Source of the DNA: Nitrospinaceae bacterium | GTDB taxonomy: Bacteria > Nitrospinota > Nitrospinia > Nitrospinales > Nitrospinaceae | Length of the DNA: 64,000 bases | NCBI GenBank assembly: GCA_965237905.1 | Contig: OZ250172.1 | Span: forward strand, 832,001-896,000 | Reading direction: 5' to 3' | In this document: positions 42,125 to 52,445 of the stretch, in pieces | Position numbering within the stretch: position 1 is the first letter of the stretch | Layout of the letters: each line of letters begins with the position of its first letter | Position numbers and translations under genes: made by a program | The notes under the pieces: generated by a model | Database searches by the model: none | The model's input: the letters and a program-made list of their open reading frames with translations, nothing else | What the model was told of the DNA's origin: nothing

Positions 42125-43915
42125 TTGAAAAAAACGATTCCTGACAGCATCATTGAGGAAATTCGGTCACGCGCGGATATTTACGAAGTCGTTTCCGAAT
42201 TTGTTCCTCTCAAGAAAGCGGGCAAAAACTACAAAGGTTTGTGCCCCTTTCACTCCGAGAAAACCCCCTCTTTCAGTGTCAGTCCCGAAAAACAGATTTA
42301 CCATTGCTTCGGTTGCGGAGCCGGGGGCAATGTATTCAAGTTTCTCATGGAAAAAGAGGACCTGCCGTTTGTCGACGCGGTGAAGCGGTTGGCGCTCCGC
42401 TATCAGGTATCGATCCCGGAATCCGCTTACAAATCTCAGGGAGGTGCCTCCCGCAACGAACGGGAAGCCCTGTTGAATTACAACACCCTGACGGCGCAAT
42501 ACTTCGCTTCCCAGCTGAAGAATCCGCAAGCGGGGAAAACCGCCCGCGAATATTTAGTTTCGAGAGGTTTTGACGAACAGACTATTGAGGATTATCAAAT
42601 GGGTTGGGCTCCCCCGGGATGGCGGAATTTACTGACCCATCTTGAGAGCCAGGCCAAATGCTCCCGCGACACCCTGGCGAAATACGGGTTGGTTTCCAAA
42701 AAGGAGGCCGCCGAGACCAGGGATAAGAAGGACTCTTATTACGACCGGTTTCGCGAACGCCTTATATTCCCGATTCAGGATTCCCACGGCAACATCATCG
42801 CATTCGGGGGACGTGTGGTGGGCGACGGCGAGCCCAAATACCTGAACTCCCCAGAGACTCTGGTCTACAAGAAAGGCCAACAGCTATTCGGCCTCAACAA
42901 AGCTAAAGAAGCCATCCGCCGGGAAGACCGGGTATTGATTGTCGAGGGTTATTTCGACCAGATTCGCGCCTGGGAAAGCGGCGTGCAGAATGTTGTTGCC
43001 ACCTGCGGTACGGCCCTGACCGCCCAGCAGGCATTGCTGTTAAAACCGTTCACCCAGAAGGCCGTGTTGGTTTTCGATTCAGACCCAGCAGGACACGCCG
43101 CTGCTGAGCGCGGGTTCGAAGTGTTGCAGGAGCACGGATTATCGGTATTCGTCGCCGTCCTCCCCGAGGGGCACGATCCTGATTCCCTGATCCGGGATCA
43201 GGGAAAAGACGGCTTCCTCAAATTGATTCAGGACGCCCAACCGTTTGTCCATTATTTGTTGGGCCGCATCCTGCGTTCGGCGGAAACCCGGACCACGGAG
43301 GATAAAATCGGCGCCATCAACCGGGTGCTCCCGGTGCTGGCCAAAATCAAAAACAGCGTGGAGCGGAGCGAACATATCCGTTATGTCGCGGAAAAAGTAG
43401 GGGTCGAAGATCGGGCCTTTCTTGAGGAAATGAGGAAATCGCTGGCGCAAAACAAGAACCGGGTGGACGCACCGATCTCTTCCAAAAAGGGCAACCACGA
43501 TCCGGAATGGTATCTGATCCATCTGATGCTGGCTGATACGGAAGCGGCTCGGGACATTGCTTCCAACGTGGCGCTGACCGAATATGAGAATCCCCTCTAT
43601 CAGGAAACCGCAAATCTGCTGTATGGCCTGATCGAACGCGATCAACCGCTACGGGTGGACCGGCTGATCGACCGTACGGACCAGCCAGAGGTGAAATCAG
43701 TTTTGACGCAGGTGGGTATGGAGCCCATATTATTTGATAACGTGAAGAAAGCGGTCGCTGACTGTATTAATGAAATTCGGAAGCGCACTATTGATAAGAA
43801 AATCAATGACTTAAAGAAACAACGGAACGAAGCGGAGCGGGCCGGCCAAACTGACCGGTCGCGGGAACTGCACCAGCAAATGCGCGAAATGCAAGTCTCC
43901 CTGCATCCACAATAA
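42125..43915 (+). CDS. dnaG: DNA primase
   Basis: CPFHSEKTPSF...CFGC zinc finger, KYLNSPET, VEGYFD, FDSD and DPD. Confidence 0.97.
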   Translation: MKKTIPDSIIEEIRSRADIYEVVSEFVPLKKAGKNYKGLCPFHSEKTPSFSVSPEKQIYHCFGCGAGGNVFKFLMEKEDLPFVDAVKRLALRYQVSIPESAYKSQGGASRNEREALLNYNTLTAQYFASQLKNPQAGKTAREYLVSRGFDEQTIEDYQMGWAPPGWRNLLTHLESQAKCSRDTLAKYGLVSKKEAAETRDKKDSYYDRFRERLIFPIQDSHGNIIAFGGRVVGDGEPKYLNSPETLVYKKGQQLFGLNKAKEAIRREDRVLIVEGYFDQIRAWESGVQNVVATCGTALTAQQALLLKPFTQKAVLVFDSDPAGHAAAERGFEVLQEHGLSVFVAVLPEGHDPDSLIRDQGKDGFLKLIQDAQPFVHYLLGRILRSAETRTTEDKIGAINRVLPVLAKIKNSVERSEHIRYVAEKVGVEDRAFLEEMRKSLAQNKNRVDAPISSKKGNHDPEWYLIHLMLADTEAARDIASNVALTEYENPLYQETANLLYGLIERDQPLRVDRLIDRTDQPEVKSVLTQVGMEPILFDNVKKAVADCINEIRKRTIDKKINDLKKQRNEAERAGQTDRSRELHQQMREMQVSLHPQ

Positions 43916-43978
43916 GGTTTTTGCATCTAAATATATGAAATCTATCAATTTATTTTTCCAGCAGGAGAATACTCACTG

Positions 43979-45742
43979 ATGTCTAATGTCGAAAAAATCG
44001 CTGATGTAACTGAAGTCAACCAATTGATTTCCTTAGGTAAGGAAAAAGGATATCTCACTTACGAGGAAGTCAACGACGTCCTTCCCGCCAATCTGGTCGC
44101 TCCGGAGCAAATTGACGATCTGATGCACATTTTCGGGGAAAACGAAATCGATATCGTGGACACCGCCGTTAAAAACGATAAACCGGTCGATTTGGAAACG
44201 GAAAAAGAGGAAGAAGTCGCGCCCGAAGAACCCACGCCCGCGGCAGTCAAACCGGACAACGTCACTATTGATGATCCCGTACGGATGTATCTGCGGGAAA
44301 TGGGTACCATTTCGCTTTTGACCCGGGAAGGGGAAGTGGAAATCGCCAAGCGCATCGAATCGGGACAAAACGAGGTTCTTGCCGCCGTGGCCAACTGCAC
44401 CGTCACCCTCCAGGAACTTGCCTACTTGGCGGACTTGGTGAAAAAGTCCGAGCTCACCGTATTCGATTTTATCGTACAGGTAGATTCCGAAGATAAAAAG
44501 GAAGTGTCCGAAAAAGAGGAAACCAAGCGGGTGATGAAAGCCATCCGCGTTCTGACTGCTCAATTTAAAAAAGTGGACAAGCTCCAAAAGCGGGGCGAGA
44601 CCAAACTTTCGGAAAAAATGCAAGCCAAGATAACCAAGGAGTTGGAGGCGCAACGAAGCATTCTTGAAAAAATGGTTCGCGACTTGAATATCCATTCCGA
44701 TGTCATGGATGGCATCATTGAAAATATTTATGAGATCGCCGCCTCAATCCGCGAAGCGGGAAAAGAAGAGCGTCTGCTGGAAAAAGAATTAAAGATGTCG
44801 TTGGCGGACATCAAAAAACTGGCCAAGAACTGGACCAGCCAGAAGAGCGTCAAACTACCAGGAAGCAAGGTGGTGACTAAAAAACAATTCGACACCTATA
44901 CTAAAATGGCTCAAGCATGCCGTCGCAGAGTCCGAAAAATTGAAAATGAAACAAATACCTCCAAGGATTCATTGCTGTCGACGGTTCGCACTATCGCGCG
45001 AGGCCGGGTGAAGGACAAAACCGCCAAACGCGAGCTGGCCGAAGCCAACCTGCGGCTGGTGGTGAGCATCGCCAAAAAATATACCAATCGCGGCCTGCAG
45101 TTTCTGGACCTCATTCAGGAAGGCAATATCGGGCTGATGAAGGCGGTGGACAAATTCGAGTACCAGCGCGGATACAAGTTCAGTACCTACGCCACCTGGT
45201 GGATCCGCCAAGCCATCACCCGCGCCATTGCGGACCAGGCCCGCACCATCCGTATCCCGGTTCACATGATCGAAACGATCAACAAATTGATCCGGGTTTC
45301 GCGACACTTGGTGCAGGAATTGGGACGGGAACCGGCTCCGGAGGAAATCGCCACCAAAATGAGCCTGCCGGTCGACAAGGTCCGCAAAGTTCTAAAAATC
45401 GCCAAAGAACCTATTTCTCTGGAAACACCCATCGGGGAAGAGGAAAACAGCCATCTCGGTGATTTCATCGAGGACAAGAAAGTGCTGTCACCGATCGATT
45501 CGGTAGTCAAAAAGAACCTCAAGGAACAAACCATGAAGGTTCTGGGAACGCTGGCCAGCCGGGAGGAAAAAGTGCTACGAAAGCGGTTCGGGATCGGGCT
45601 CGATTCCGAACACACGTTGGAGGAAGTGGGCCAGGATTTCGCCGTCACCCGGGAACGTATACGGCAGATCGAGGCGAAGGCACTGCGCAAACTGCGGCAC
45701 CCCAGCCGCTCCAAGAAACTGCGCAGTTTCATCGAAAACTAG
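43979..45742 (+). CDS. rpoD: RNA polymerase primary sigma factor
   Basis: [42 protein letters not shown] and [19 protein letters not shown]. Confidence 0.98.
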   Translation: MSNVEKIADVTEVNQLISLGKEKGYLTYEEVNDVLPANLVAPEQIDDLMHIFGENEIDIVDTAVKNDKPVDLETEKEEEVAPEEPTPAAVKPDNVTIDDPVRMYLREMGTISLLTREGEVEIAKRIESGQNEVLAAVANCTVTLQELAYLADLVKKSELTVFDFIVQVDSEDKKEVSEKEETKRVMKAIRVLTAQFKKVDKLQKRGETKLSEKMQAKITKELEAQRSILEKMVRDLNIHSDVMDGIIENIYEIAASIREAGKEERLLEKELKMSLADIKKLAKNWTSQKSVKLPGSKVVTKKQFDTYTKMAQACRRRVRKIENETNTSKDSLLSTVRTIARGRVKDKTAKRELAEANLRLVVSIAKKYTNRGLQFLDLIQEGNIGLMKAVDKFEYQRGYKFSTYATWWIRQAITRAIADQARTIRIPVHMIETINKLIRVSRHLVQELGREPAPEEIATKMSLPVDKVRKVLKIAKEPISLETPIGEEENSHLGDFIEDKKVLSPIDSVVKKNLKEQTMKVLGTLASREEKVLRKRFGIGLDSEHTLEEVGQDFAVTRERIRQIEAKALRKLRHPSRSKKLRSFIEN

Positions 45743-45755
45743 CCGCACGATGTGC

Positions 45756-45832
45756 GGGCCCATAGCTCAGCTGGTTAGAGCTCCCGGCTCATAACCGGGC
45801 GGTCCCAGGTTCGAATCCTGGTGGGCCCACCA
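45756..45832 (+). tRNA. ileX: tRNA with CAT anticodon, probably tRNA-Ile2 (lysidine type)
   Basis: GGGCCCA/TGGGCCC acceptor stem, CTCATAA loop, GGTTCGAATCC, encoded CCA; C4:G69 and C5:G68 pairs and the position after rpoD favour Ile2 over Met. Confidence 0.9.
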
Positions 45833-45900
45833 TATTTATCAATGGCTTATGGTTTTAACTGTAAGTCATTTTTCTTTATGGGTAGCGTTTTGGGTAGCAA
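45833..45900. mobile_element. att-like junction downstream of the tRNA
   Basis: IHF consensus match TATCAATGGCTTA, hairpin, and direct repeat tgggtagc-gttt-tgggtagc. Confidence 0.5.
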
Positions 45901-46059
45901 GGGTTCTTTCGATGGCGCAATTCACAAAAATTTTACAAAACTTTCCAACTTGTCTGACCCTTGGGGTCGCCGGATTTTGTAGATTGGATAAAAGACATGG
46001 GCGATGCATTTGAACCCACCCTTTTGCCCAAATTATCTACTTAATAAGGAGTCAGGCCA

Positions 46060-47397
46060 ATGATCCAGTCCAAATTAAAATCAATTGTTTTACTGATTGT
46101 GGTGTCAGTATTTTTGACGACCAGCGCGGGAGCGCGAACGATCGACCTGCAGGTGAACCTGGGAACCCCCGTGATGGAGGCGGGAAAGAACCAGAAAACG
46201 TTTTTGAAGATCGGCTTGAGGGGTTTCGACCTGCCTGAAGAATCCGACCGGGCACCGGTCAACCTGGCGATTGTTCTGGATCGGTCCGGGTCCATGGCAG
46301 GTGAAAAACTGGCTCGCGCCCGAGAGGCCGCGATCAAGGCGATCGGTCTTTTGCAATCCGGGGATATCGTCTCGGTGGTCACTTACGACAGCGTGGTGAA
46401 CGTGGTGGTTCCCGCGACACGGGTCAGTGACAAGCAATCCATTTATGCGTCGATCCGCCGTATCAGGGATGGCGGCCGCACGGCCTTGTTTGCAGGTGTC
46501 AGCAAGGGGGCCTCCGAAGTGAGAAAATTTTTGGATAAAACCCGTGTCAACCGCGTGATCCTGCTCTCGGACGGGTTAGCCAATATTGGGCCGAGTACTC
46601 CCAGTGAATTGGGCCAATTAGGAGCGTCTCTGGGTAAGGAAGGCATCAGCGTGACCACCATCGGTTTGGGACTCGGTTACAACGAGGACCTGATGACTCA
46701 ACTGGCCGGAATGAGCGACGGCCACCACGCTTTTGTTCAGAATTCCGCCGACCTGAACCGAATCTTTGCGGCCGAATTCAATACCGCGCTGACCGTTGTG
46801 GCAAACCAGTTCACCATCATCATTAAATGCGCCAACTCCATTCGGCCGATCCGGGTTCTGGGACGACATGCTGAGATTATCGGCCAGGATGTGCATGTGA
46901 AACTCAATCAATTGTCCAGTAATCAGGAAAAATATGTGATGCTGGAAGTTGAGGTTCCTCCTGGAATCGCGGGAGAAACACGGGATCTCGCTTTGGTCGA
47001 TGTTTCCTATCTCGATCTTCGGGCCAAGAAGAGAGATTCACTGCAGAGTTCGGTTTCCGTCAACTTCAGTAAGACACGCGAAGACGTGAAGAAGTCGGTC
47101 AACCAACCGGTCATGGATTCGGCGGCGGAACAGATCGTAAATCAATTGAGTAAGGAAGCTGTTGAACTGCGCGATCAGGGTAAACCGGAAGCCGCAAAGG
47201 ATCATTTGAATCTGGGTCTTGATTCCCTGAAAGGAAGCTTGAGCAGTAGCGGCGCCGCTTCTTCCCCCCGCTTTGAGGCATTGGAAGAGGAAGTCCACCA
47301 GGATGCAGATGAACTGGACGACAATCGAAACTGGAACAAGAAACGCAAGTCCATGAGACAACGCCAGTTCAAGTACGATAACCAGCAGAAGTATTGA
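46060..47397 (+). CDS. Exported von Willebrand factor A domain protein
   Basis: Signal peptide; MIDAS DRSGSM, GGRTAL and LLSDGLAN. Confidence 0.9.
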   Translation: MIQSKLKSIVLLIVVSVFLTTSAGARTIDLQVNLGTPVMEAGKNQKTFLKIGLRGFDLPEESDRAPVNLAIVLDRSGSMAGEKLARAREAAIKAIGLLQSGDIVSVVTYDSVVNVVVPATRVSDKQSIYASIRRIRDGGRTALFAGVSKGASEVRKFLDKTRVNRVILLSDGLANIGPSTPSELGQLGASLGKEGISVTTIGLGLGYNEDLMTQLAGMSDGHHAFVQNSADLNRIFAAEFNTALTVVANQFTIIIKCANSIRPIRVLGRHAEIIGQDVHVKLNQLSSNQEKYVMLEVEVPPGIAGETRDLALVDVSYLDLRAKKRDSLQSSVSVNFSKTREDVKKSVNQPVMDSAAEQIVNQLSKEAVELRDQGKPEAAKDHLNLGLDSLKGSLSSSGAASSPRFEALEEEVHQDADELDDNRNWNKKRKSMRQRQFKYDNQQKY

Positions 47398-47470
47398 AAA
47401 AAGATTCTCCCTTTGGGAGGCACGGGCTGTCTCCCGGAGGGGGATCTGACTTAGAAGGCAAAACTGAATC

Positions 47471-49093
47471 TTGAAAACCAAAGCTCTGGCTGTACTTCTA
47501 CTGATTGTGATGATCCCACTCGTCCTCCTCGGATGGATGGGAATTCGCGTTTTACGGGATGAGCAGAGACTGCACGATCACCAGATCCAGATGTTGATCA
47601 CATCACAACTCAAAGCGGTGGACCAATCCATTGGGCAATATTTCAAAACATTGGAAACTGAATTCCCCAAAGAGGCCGCGGCCCTTTCCAAAAACCCGAC
47701 GGCGGTGCGTGCTTTCCTGCGCGGAAAACCGAATGTCCGGCAGATGCTGATTTTCGACAGCAGTTATCAACGGGTGTTTCCCCCCGGCGACTCACCGCTG
47801 ACCCGGATGGAAGGCCGGTTTCTGGAACGGGCTGGAGCGGTTTTGTCCCAGCTGGAGCCAGCGGCATTCGGCGCGATGGAGTCCGGCGTAACCCCAGTCC
47901 CCGGCAGTAGCCCCGCTCTGTCGCAAAAGGCAGCTTCGGCCCGACCTGGGGATGAAGGGCAGAATTTACAGGGATGGCATGTCTGGTATTCCGATGCGGA
48001 AATGAATCATTTATTCTGGTGGCGAGACAAAACCCGCCATTTGATTGGATTCGAGCTGGACCCCATTCGTTTGCAAGCCAATATCATCGGACTGCTTCCC
48101 GCAACCGGAGGATCGGAGGACCGTCTTGGAGATGCCCGTATCCGGCTGATCGATTCCGCGGGAACGGTGGTCTATCAGTGGGGCCGGTTTGAACCGGTGG
48201 ACGGCCCCGTGCATCAATTATCCCTCAGTCATCCGCTGGGAAGCTGGAAGCTGGAATATTTCGGCTCCGGACTTGGGCAAGGCGCGGATTTGAAATGGTT
48301 CAACGTGGCAGGAGCCTTGACCGCAGTCGGTGCGGCTTTGTTCGGCCTGGCCTTCTACCTGTATCGGGAGCATACGCGCGAGATGAAACTCGCCGAACAG
48401 CGGGTGAATTTCGTAAACCAGGTTTCCCACGAGTTGAAAACCCCTTTGACCAACATCCGGCTCTATGCCGAGTTATTGGGAGAGAACCAACGGGAAGATG
48501 ACTCGGCAGAGGCCGGTCAGTTCCGGCGTTATCTGGAAGTGATCACTTCCGAAAGCCATCGCCTTTCCCGGCTCATCGCGAATGTTCTCAACTTTGCCCG
48601 GTCTAAAAAGGACCGTATGGTTCTGCGCCTCGAGGCGGGCCATGTCGATGAAATCATCAAAGCCGCCCTCAACATGTTTGCTCCTTCGCTGAAAGCCAAG
48701 GGAGTGCGGATTCATTTTCAGGCGGGAGCGGGAGACCGGGTCGAAGTCGATCCGGACGCGCTTGAGCAGATCCTCAATAACATTTTCAGCAACACGGAAA
48801 AATACGGGACTTCCGGTAACCGGCTGGATATCCAAAGCGGCCGCAAAGCCGACCGCACTTTCATTACCGTGCGGGATTATGGCCCCGGAATTTCCAAGAG
48901 GGACGCCGACCGCATTTTCCACCCGTTTTACAGAACCCGCTCCCACATCACCGACGGGGTGACCGGCACCGGGATCGGGTTGAGCATCGCCAGAGATCTG
49001 GCCCGACTGCACGGAGGCGACCTCACCCTGGTGCCCACGGACCAAGGAGCCTGTTTTAAAATTGAGTTACACACACCTGTGAGGCCAGCATGA
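47471..49093 (+). CDS. Sensor histidine kinase
   Basis: Two TMs; VSHELKTPL, N box, DYGPGI and GTGIGLSI. Confidence 0.93.
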   Translation: MKTKALAVLLLIVMIPLVLLGWMGIRVLRDEQRLHDHQIQMLITSQLKAVDQSIGQYFKTLETEFPKEAAALSKNPTAVRAFLRGKPNVRQMLIFDSSYQRVFPPGDSPLTRMEGRFLERAGAVLSQLEPAAFGAMESGVTPVPGSSPALSQKAASARPGDEGQNLQGWHVWYSDAEMNHLFWWRDKTRHLIGFELDPIRLQANIIGLLPATGGSEDRLGDARIRLIDSAGTVVYQWGRFEPVDGPVHQLSLSHPLGSWKLEYFGSGLGQGADLKWFNVAGALTAVGAALFGLAFYLYREHTREMKLAEQRVNFVNQVSHELKTPLTNIRLYAELLGENQREDDSAEAGQFRRYLEVITSESHRLSRLIANVLNFARSKKDRMVLRLEAGHVDEIIKAALNMFAPSLKAKGVRIHFQAGAGDRVEVDPDALEQILNNIFSNTEKYGTSGNRLDIQSGRKADRTFITVRDYGPGISKRDADRIFHPFYRTRSHITDGVTGTGIGLSIARDLARLHGGDLTLVPTDQGACFKIELHTPVRPA

Positions 49094-49776
49094 AAATTTT
49101 AATCGCGGAAGATGATCAATATATCCGCGAAGGATTGCGCGATCTTCTCGAAGCCGAAGGCTACCAAACCATTTTGGCGGTGGATGGCGCCGAAGCGGTG
49201 ACGAAATATCATGAAGAGTCACCGCACTTCGTTCTGCTCGATATCATGATGCCGGGTAAAGACGGTTACACAGTGTGTCGGGAGATTCGCGGCCACAGCA
49301 GTCAGGTACCGGTTATTTTCCTAAGCGCGAAATCGGAGGAGATCGACCGGGTGATCGGGCTGGAACTCGGCGCAGACGACTACATCATGAAACCCTTCGG
49401 CACCCGCGAAGTGGTCGCGAGGATCCGCGCGGTCACCCGGCGGTGCCTGGCCAATCAACCCCGGGAGGGCAAGGCGCGTGTGTTGAAGCTGGGCGACCTG
49501 GAAGTTTATCCGGAAGAGTTGCGGGCCAGAAGAGAGGAGCTCCGGATCGATCTCAGTCTCAGGGACGTGAGTATTCTCGAGCTGCTGCACGACAACCGGG
49601 GCAAGGTGGTGGACCGCAACACCCTGTTCGACCACTGCTGGGGACAAAATTACCTGCCCAACAGCCGCACCCTCGATCAACACATTTCCAAACTCCGCAA
49701 GCTGATCGAAAAGGACCCGCAAAACCCCGAAATCATCCTTACTGTTCACGGCGTCGGTTACCGCTACGACTCCTGA
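49090..49776 (+). CDS. OmpR-family response regulator
   Basis: LLDIMMP, GADDYIMKPF and winged helix SRTLDQHISKLR...GVGYR. Confidence 0.95.
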   Translation: MKILIAEDDQYIREGLRDLLEAEGYQTILAVDGAEAVTKYHEESPHFVLLDIMMPGKDGYTVCREIRGHSSQVPVIFLSAKSEEIDRVIGLELGADDYIMKPFGTREVVARIRAVTRRCLANQPREGKARVLKLGDLEVYPEELRARREELRIDLSLRDVSILELLHDNRGKVVDRNTLFDHCWGQNYLPNSRTLDQHISKLRKLIEKDPQNPEIILTVHGVGYRYDS

Positions 49777-49852
49777 CCAGCGTGCCGCTGGACCCAAGAT
49801 TATTCTTCTCTTTACCCGGGGAAGGATACAGGAGGGGTTATTTCTCTCATTC

Positions 49853-51391
49853 TCAATTTTGCTTTTCGGGTAGCTCTACAATATATAAAGTACCCTTCCC
49901 TAAAGAGCTCTTTACCACAATTTTTCCGTGGTGGCGCGTCACTACTTTCAAACATATCGCCAACCCCATCCCGGTACCGGGGAATTCCGAGGTCCCATGA
50001 AGACGCTCAAAGGGTTTAAAAATGCGTTTAATATGTTCCTCTTTCATTCCAATGCCATTATCACGGATTAAAATCTTCCAATATCCATTATCGTTGTAAA
50101 TGCTATCAATCTCTATCTTAGGCGGTTCAGTTTTGTTGTGAAATTTTAAGGCATTGCTGATTAAATTTTGAAACAACTGCCGCATTTGGGTTTTGTCCGC
50201 TTCAATTTTTGGAAGATGTTTTATTTCAATTACTCCCTTTGATCGTTCAATACTCACTTCGAGATCAAGAAGCACCTCATTGACGACCTCCTTCAAATCA
50301 GCAGGTCCCATTTCCGGAGGTAAAGAAGAGATTCTCGAATATCGAAGGAGATCTTCGATAAGCTTTTGCATTCTAACGGAAGAGTTTTCTAATCGATGAA
50401 AGTATTCTTTTTCTTTACTATCCAACTTATCTCCCATAGAAGTTCGCAATCGATCACTAAATGAAATAATTTTCCGCACAGGCTCTTGCAGATCGTGAGA
50501 TGCTGTGCGGGTAAAATCTTCTAAATTTTGATTGGCCTCAGCCAAATCCTTGACTAGATTTTGAAGCATTTCTTCGATTTCTCTTCTTTTTGTTATGTCC
50601 TCTATGAATAGTATGAAGTACAGGGGCTCACCGGATGGCGAAGAAACTGGTGAAATCGTAACGTTCACCCAAACCGGAAGACCATCTTTTCGCAGGTATT
50701 GAGTTTCCCGGGGAAAATATTGGACATTTGCCGTTAAAAGTTCATCAATCATCTTTCGGGTATTAGGGACTTCATCCGGATGGCTAATATCAAAAACGGA
50801 TATCTTTAGTAATTCCTCTTGCTCATAACCAACGATTTGGCAAAATTTATTATTGCATGTGAGCCACTCTCCCTTTAAAGACAAGTGAGCAATACCTATT
50901 GCCGCTTGATTAAAAGAAGCTTTAATCTGCTGTTCGATTTCACTTAAGGTCCCTTGCATCACCTGCTTTTCTTTAACCAGGCGAATCTGCTCAAAACCTC
51001 TACGCAGCGTCGCCAACAATTCTCCCGGATTGACCGGCTTCCTGAGGTAGTCATAGGCTCCATTATTAAGGGCTTGGACAGCTGTCTCTACAGACCCAAA
51101 CCCCGTGACCATGACACATAGAATATTGGGCTGTATCTTTTTTAACTTGGGAAGCAACTCAATCCCGTTGTCCTGGCCCAAACGGATATCAATCAATGCC
51201 AAATCCACAGCATTCTTTCCAATAGACTCCAGCGCTTCTTCCTCACTATGGGCCAACAACGGCTTGTAATTCTCGTTCTCAAGAATTAGCTTCAAACTGG
51301 TTGCAAAATCCAGATCATCGTCAATGATCAGAATTTGACAGTCCGAATGGTTAGCGTTTGAAATCTTTGTTTCTTCCAGCATGTCACTCAT
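49853..51391 (-). CDS. Hybrid REC-PAS-histidine kinase
   Basis: REC (IIDDD, LIDIRL, LRKP), PAS/PAC, ASHDLQEP, QNLISNALKF and GTGMGLAI. Confidence 0.92.
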   Translation of the reverse strand: MSDMLEETKISNANHSDCQILIIDDDLDFATSLKLILENENYKPLLAHSEEEALESIGKNAVDLALIDIRLGQDNGIELLPKLKKIQPNILCVMVTGFGSVETAVQALNNGAYDYLRKPVNPGELLATLRRGFEQIRLVKEKQVMQGTLSEIEQQIKASFNQAAIGIAHLSLKGEWLTCNNKFCQIVGYEQEELLKISVFDISHPDEVPNTRKMIDELLTANVQYFPRETQYLRKDGLPVWVNVTISPVSSPSGEPLYFILFIEDITKRREIEEMLQNLVKDLAEANQNLEDFTRTASHDLQEPVRKIISFSDRLRTSMGDKLDSKEKEYFHRLENSSVRMQKLIEDLLRYSRISSLPPEMGPADLKEVVNEVLLDLEVSIERSKGVIEIKHLPKIEADKTQMRQLFQNLISNALKFHNKTEPPKIEIDSIYNDNGYWKILIRDNGIGMKEEHIKRIFKPFERLHGTSEFPGTGMGLAICLKVVTRHHGKIVVKSSLGKGTLYIVELPEKQN

Positions 51392-51467
51392 TTCCTTTTT
51401 CGCAGGCCGCCATAAAGCGACCTTTGTTCCTATCTATCTTGATGGAGGCGGCTTTTTACCGTCAGCC

Positions 51468-51920
51468 TCATATCTCTTTGTTCTGGTCTCCAGCCTGCTT
51501 TTCTCTGGCCCGGCGAATTTTTTCACAACCTCTATTTAATGAAACTATCAGTTCTTCAGGGTTGACAGGTTTCCTGAGGTAGTCATAAGCTCCATATTTA
51601 AGAGCTTGGATGGCAGTCTCCATGGACCCAAACCCCGTGACCATGACACACAGAATACCGGGCTGTATCTTTTTTAACTTAAAAAGCAAATCAATCCCAT
51701 TGTCCTTGCCCAACCGGATATCAATTAATGCCAAATCCACAGCATTATTTTCAATAGACTCCAATGCTTCTTCCTCACTGTGGGCCAACAACGGTTGGTA
51801 ATTCGCATTCTCGAGAATTAGCTTCAAGCTGGCCGCAAAATCCAGATCATCGTCAATGATCAGAATTCGATAATCCGACCGGCTGGCATTTGAAATCTTT
51901 TCTTCCGGCATGTCACTCAT
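51468..51920 (-). CDS. Stand-alone receiver-domain protein (repeat copy 2)
   Basis: REC motifs; near-identical to 51998-52441. Confidence 0.9.
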   Translation of the reverse strand: MSDMPEEKISNASRSDYRILIIDDDLDFAASLKLILENANYQPLLAHSEEEALESIENNAVDLALIDIRLGKDNGIDLLFKLKKIQPGILCVMVTGFGSMETAIQALKYGAYDYLRKPVNPEELIVSLNRGCEKIRRAREKQAGDQNKEI

Positions 51921-51997
51921 TTCCTTTTTTAGTAGACCGCTATAAAGTAACTCTCATTCCTATCTATCTTAATGGGAACAACTTTTTACCGTCAGCC

Positions 51998-52441
51998 TCA
52001 TATCTCTTTGCTCTGGTCTCCAGCTTGCCTTTCTTTAACCAGGCGAATCTTTTCAAAACCTCTGCGTAGCGTCGCCAACAATTCTCCCGGATTGAGCGGT
52101 TTCCTGAGGTAATCATAGGCTCCATTTCTAAGGGCTTGGACGGCTGTCTCCATGGACCCGAACCCCGTGACCATGACACATAGAATATTAGGCTGGATCT
52201 CTTTTAACTTAAGAAGCAAATCAACTCCATTATCCTGGCCCAAACGGATATCAATCAATGCCAAATCCACAACATTCCTCTCAATCGACTCCAACGCTTC
52301 TTCCTCGCTATAGGCCAACAACGGCTTGTAATTCTCGTTCTCAAGAATTAGCTTTAAACTGGCTGCAAAATCCAGATCATCGTCGATGATCAGAATTCGA
52401 TAATCCGACCGGCTGGCATTTGAAATCTTTTCTTCCAACAT
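51998..52441 (-). CDS. Stand-alone receiver-domain protein (repeat copy 1)
   Basis: IIDDD, LIDIRL, VTGFG and YLRKP motifs. Confidence 0.9.
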   Translation of the reverse strand: MLEEKISNASRSDYRILIIDDDLDFAASLKLILENENYKPLLAYSEEEALESIERNVVDLALIDIRLGQDNGVDLLLKLKEIQPNILCVMVTGFGSMETAVQALRNGAYDYLRKPLNPGELLATLRRGFEKIRLVKERQAGDQSKEI

Positions 52442-52445
52442 ATCA

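Noticed and set aside
45756..45832. Initiator tRNA-fMet
   Set aside because: Has a paired G1:C72 and lacks the three consecutive G:C pairs at the base of the anticodon stem
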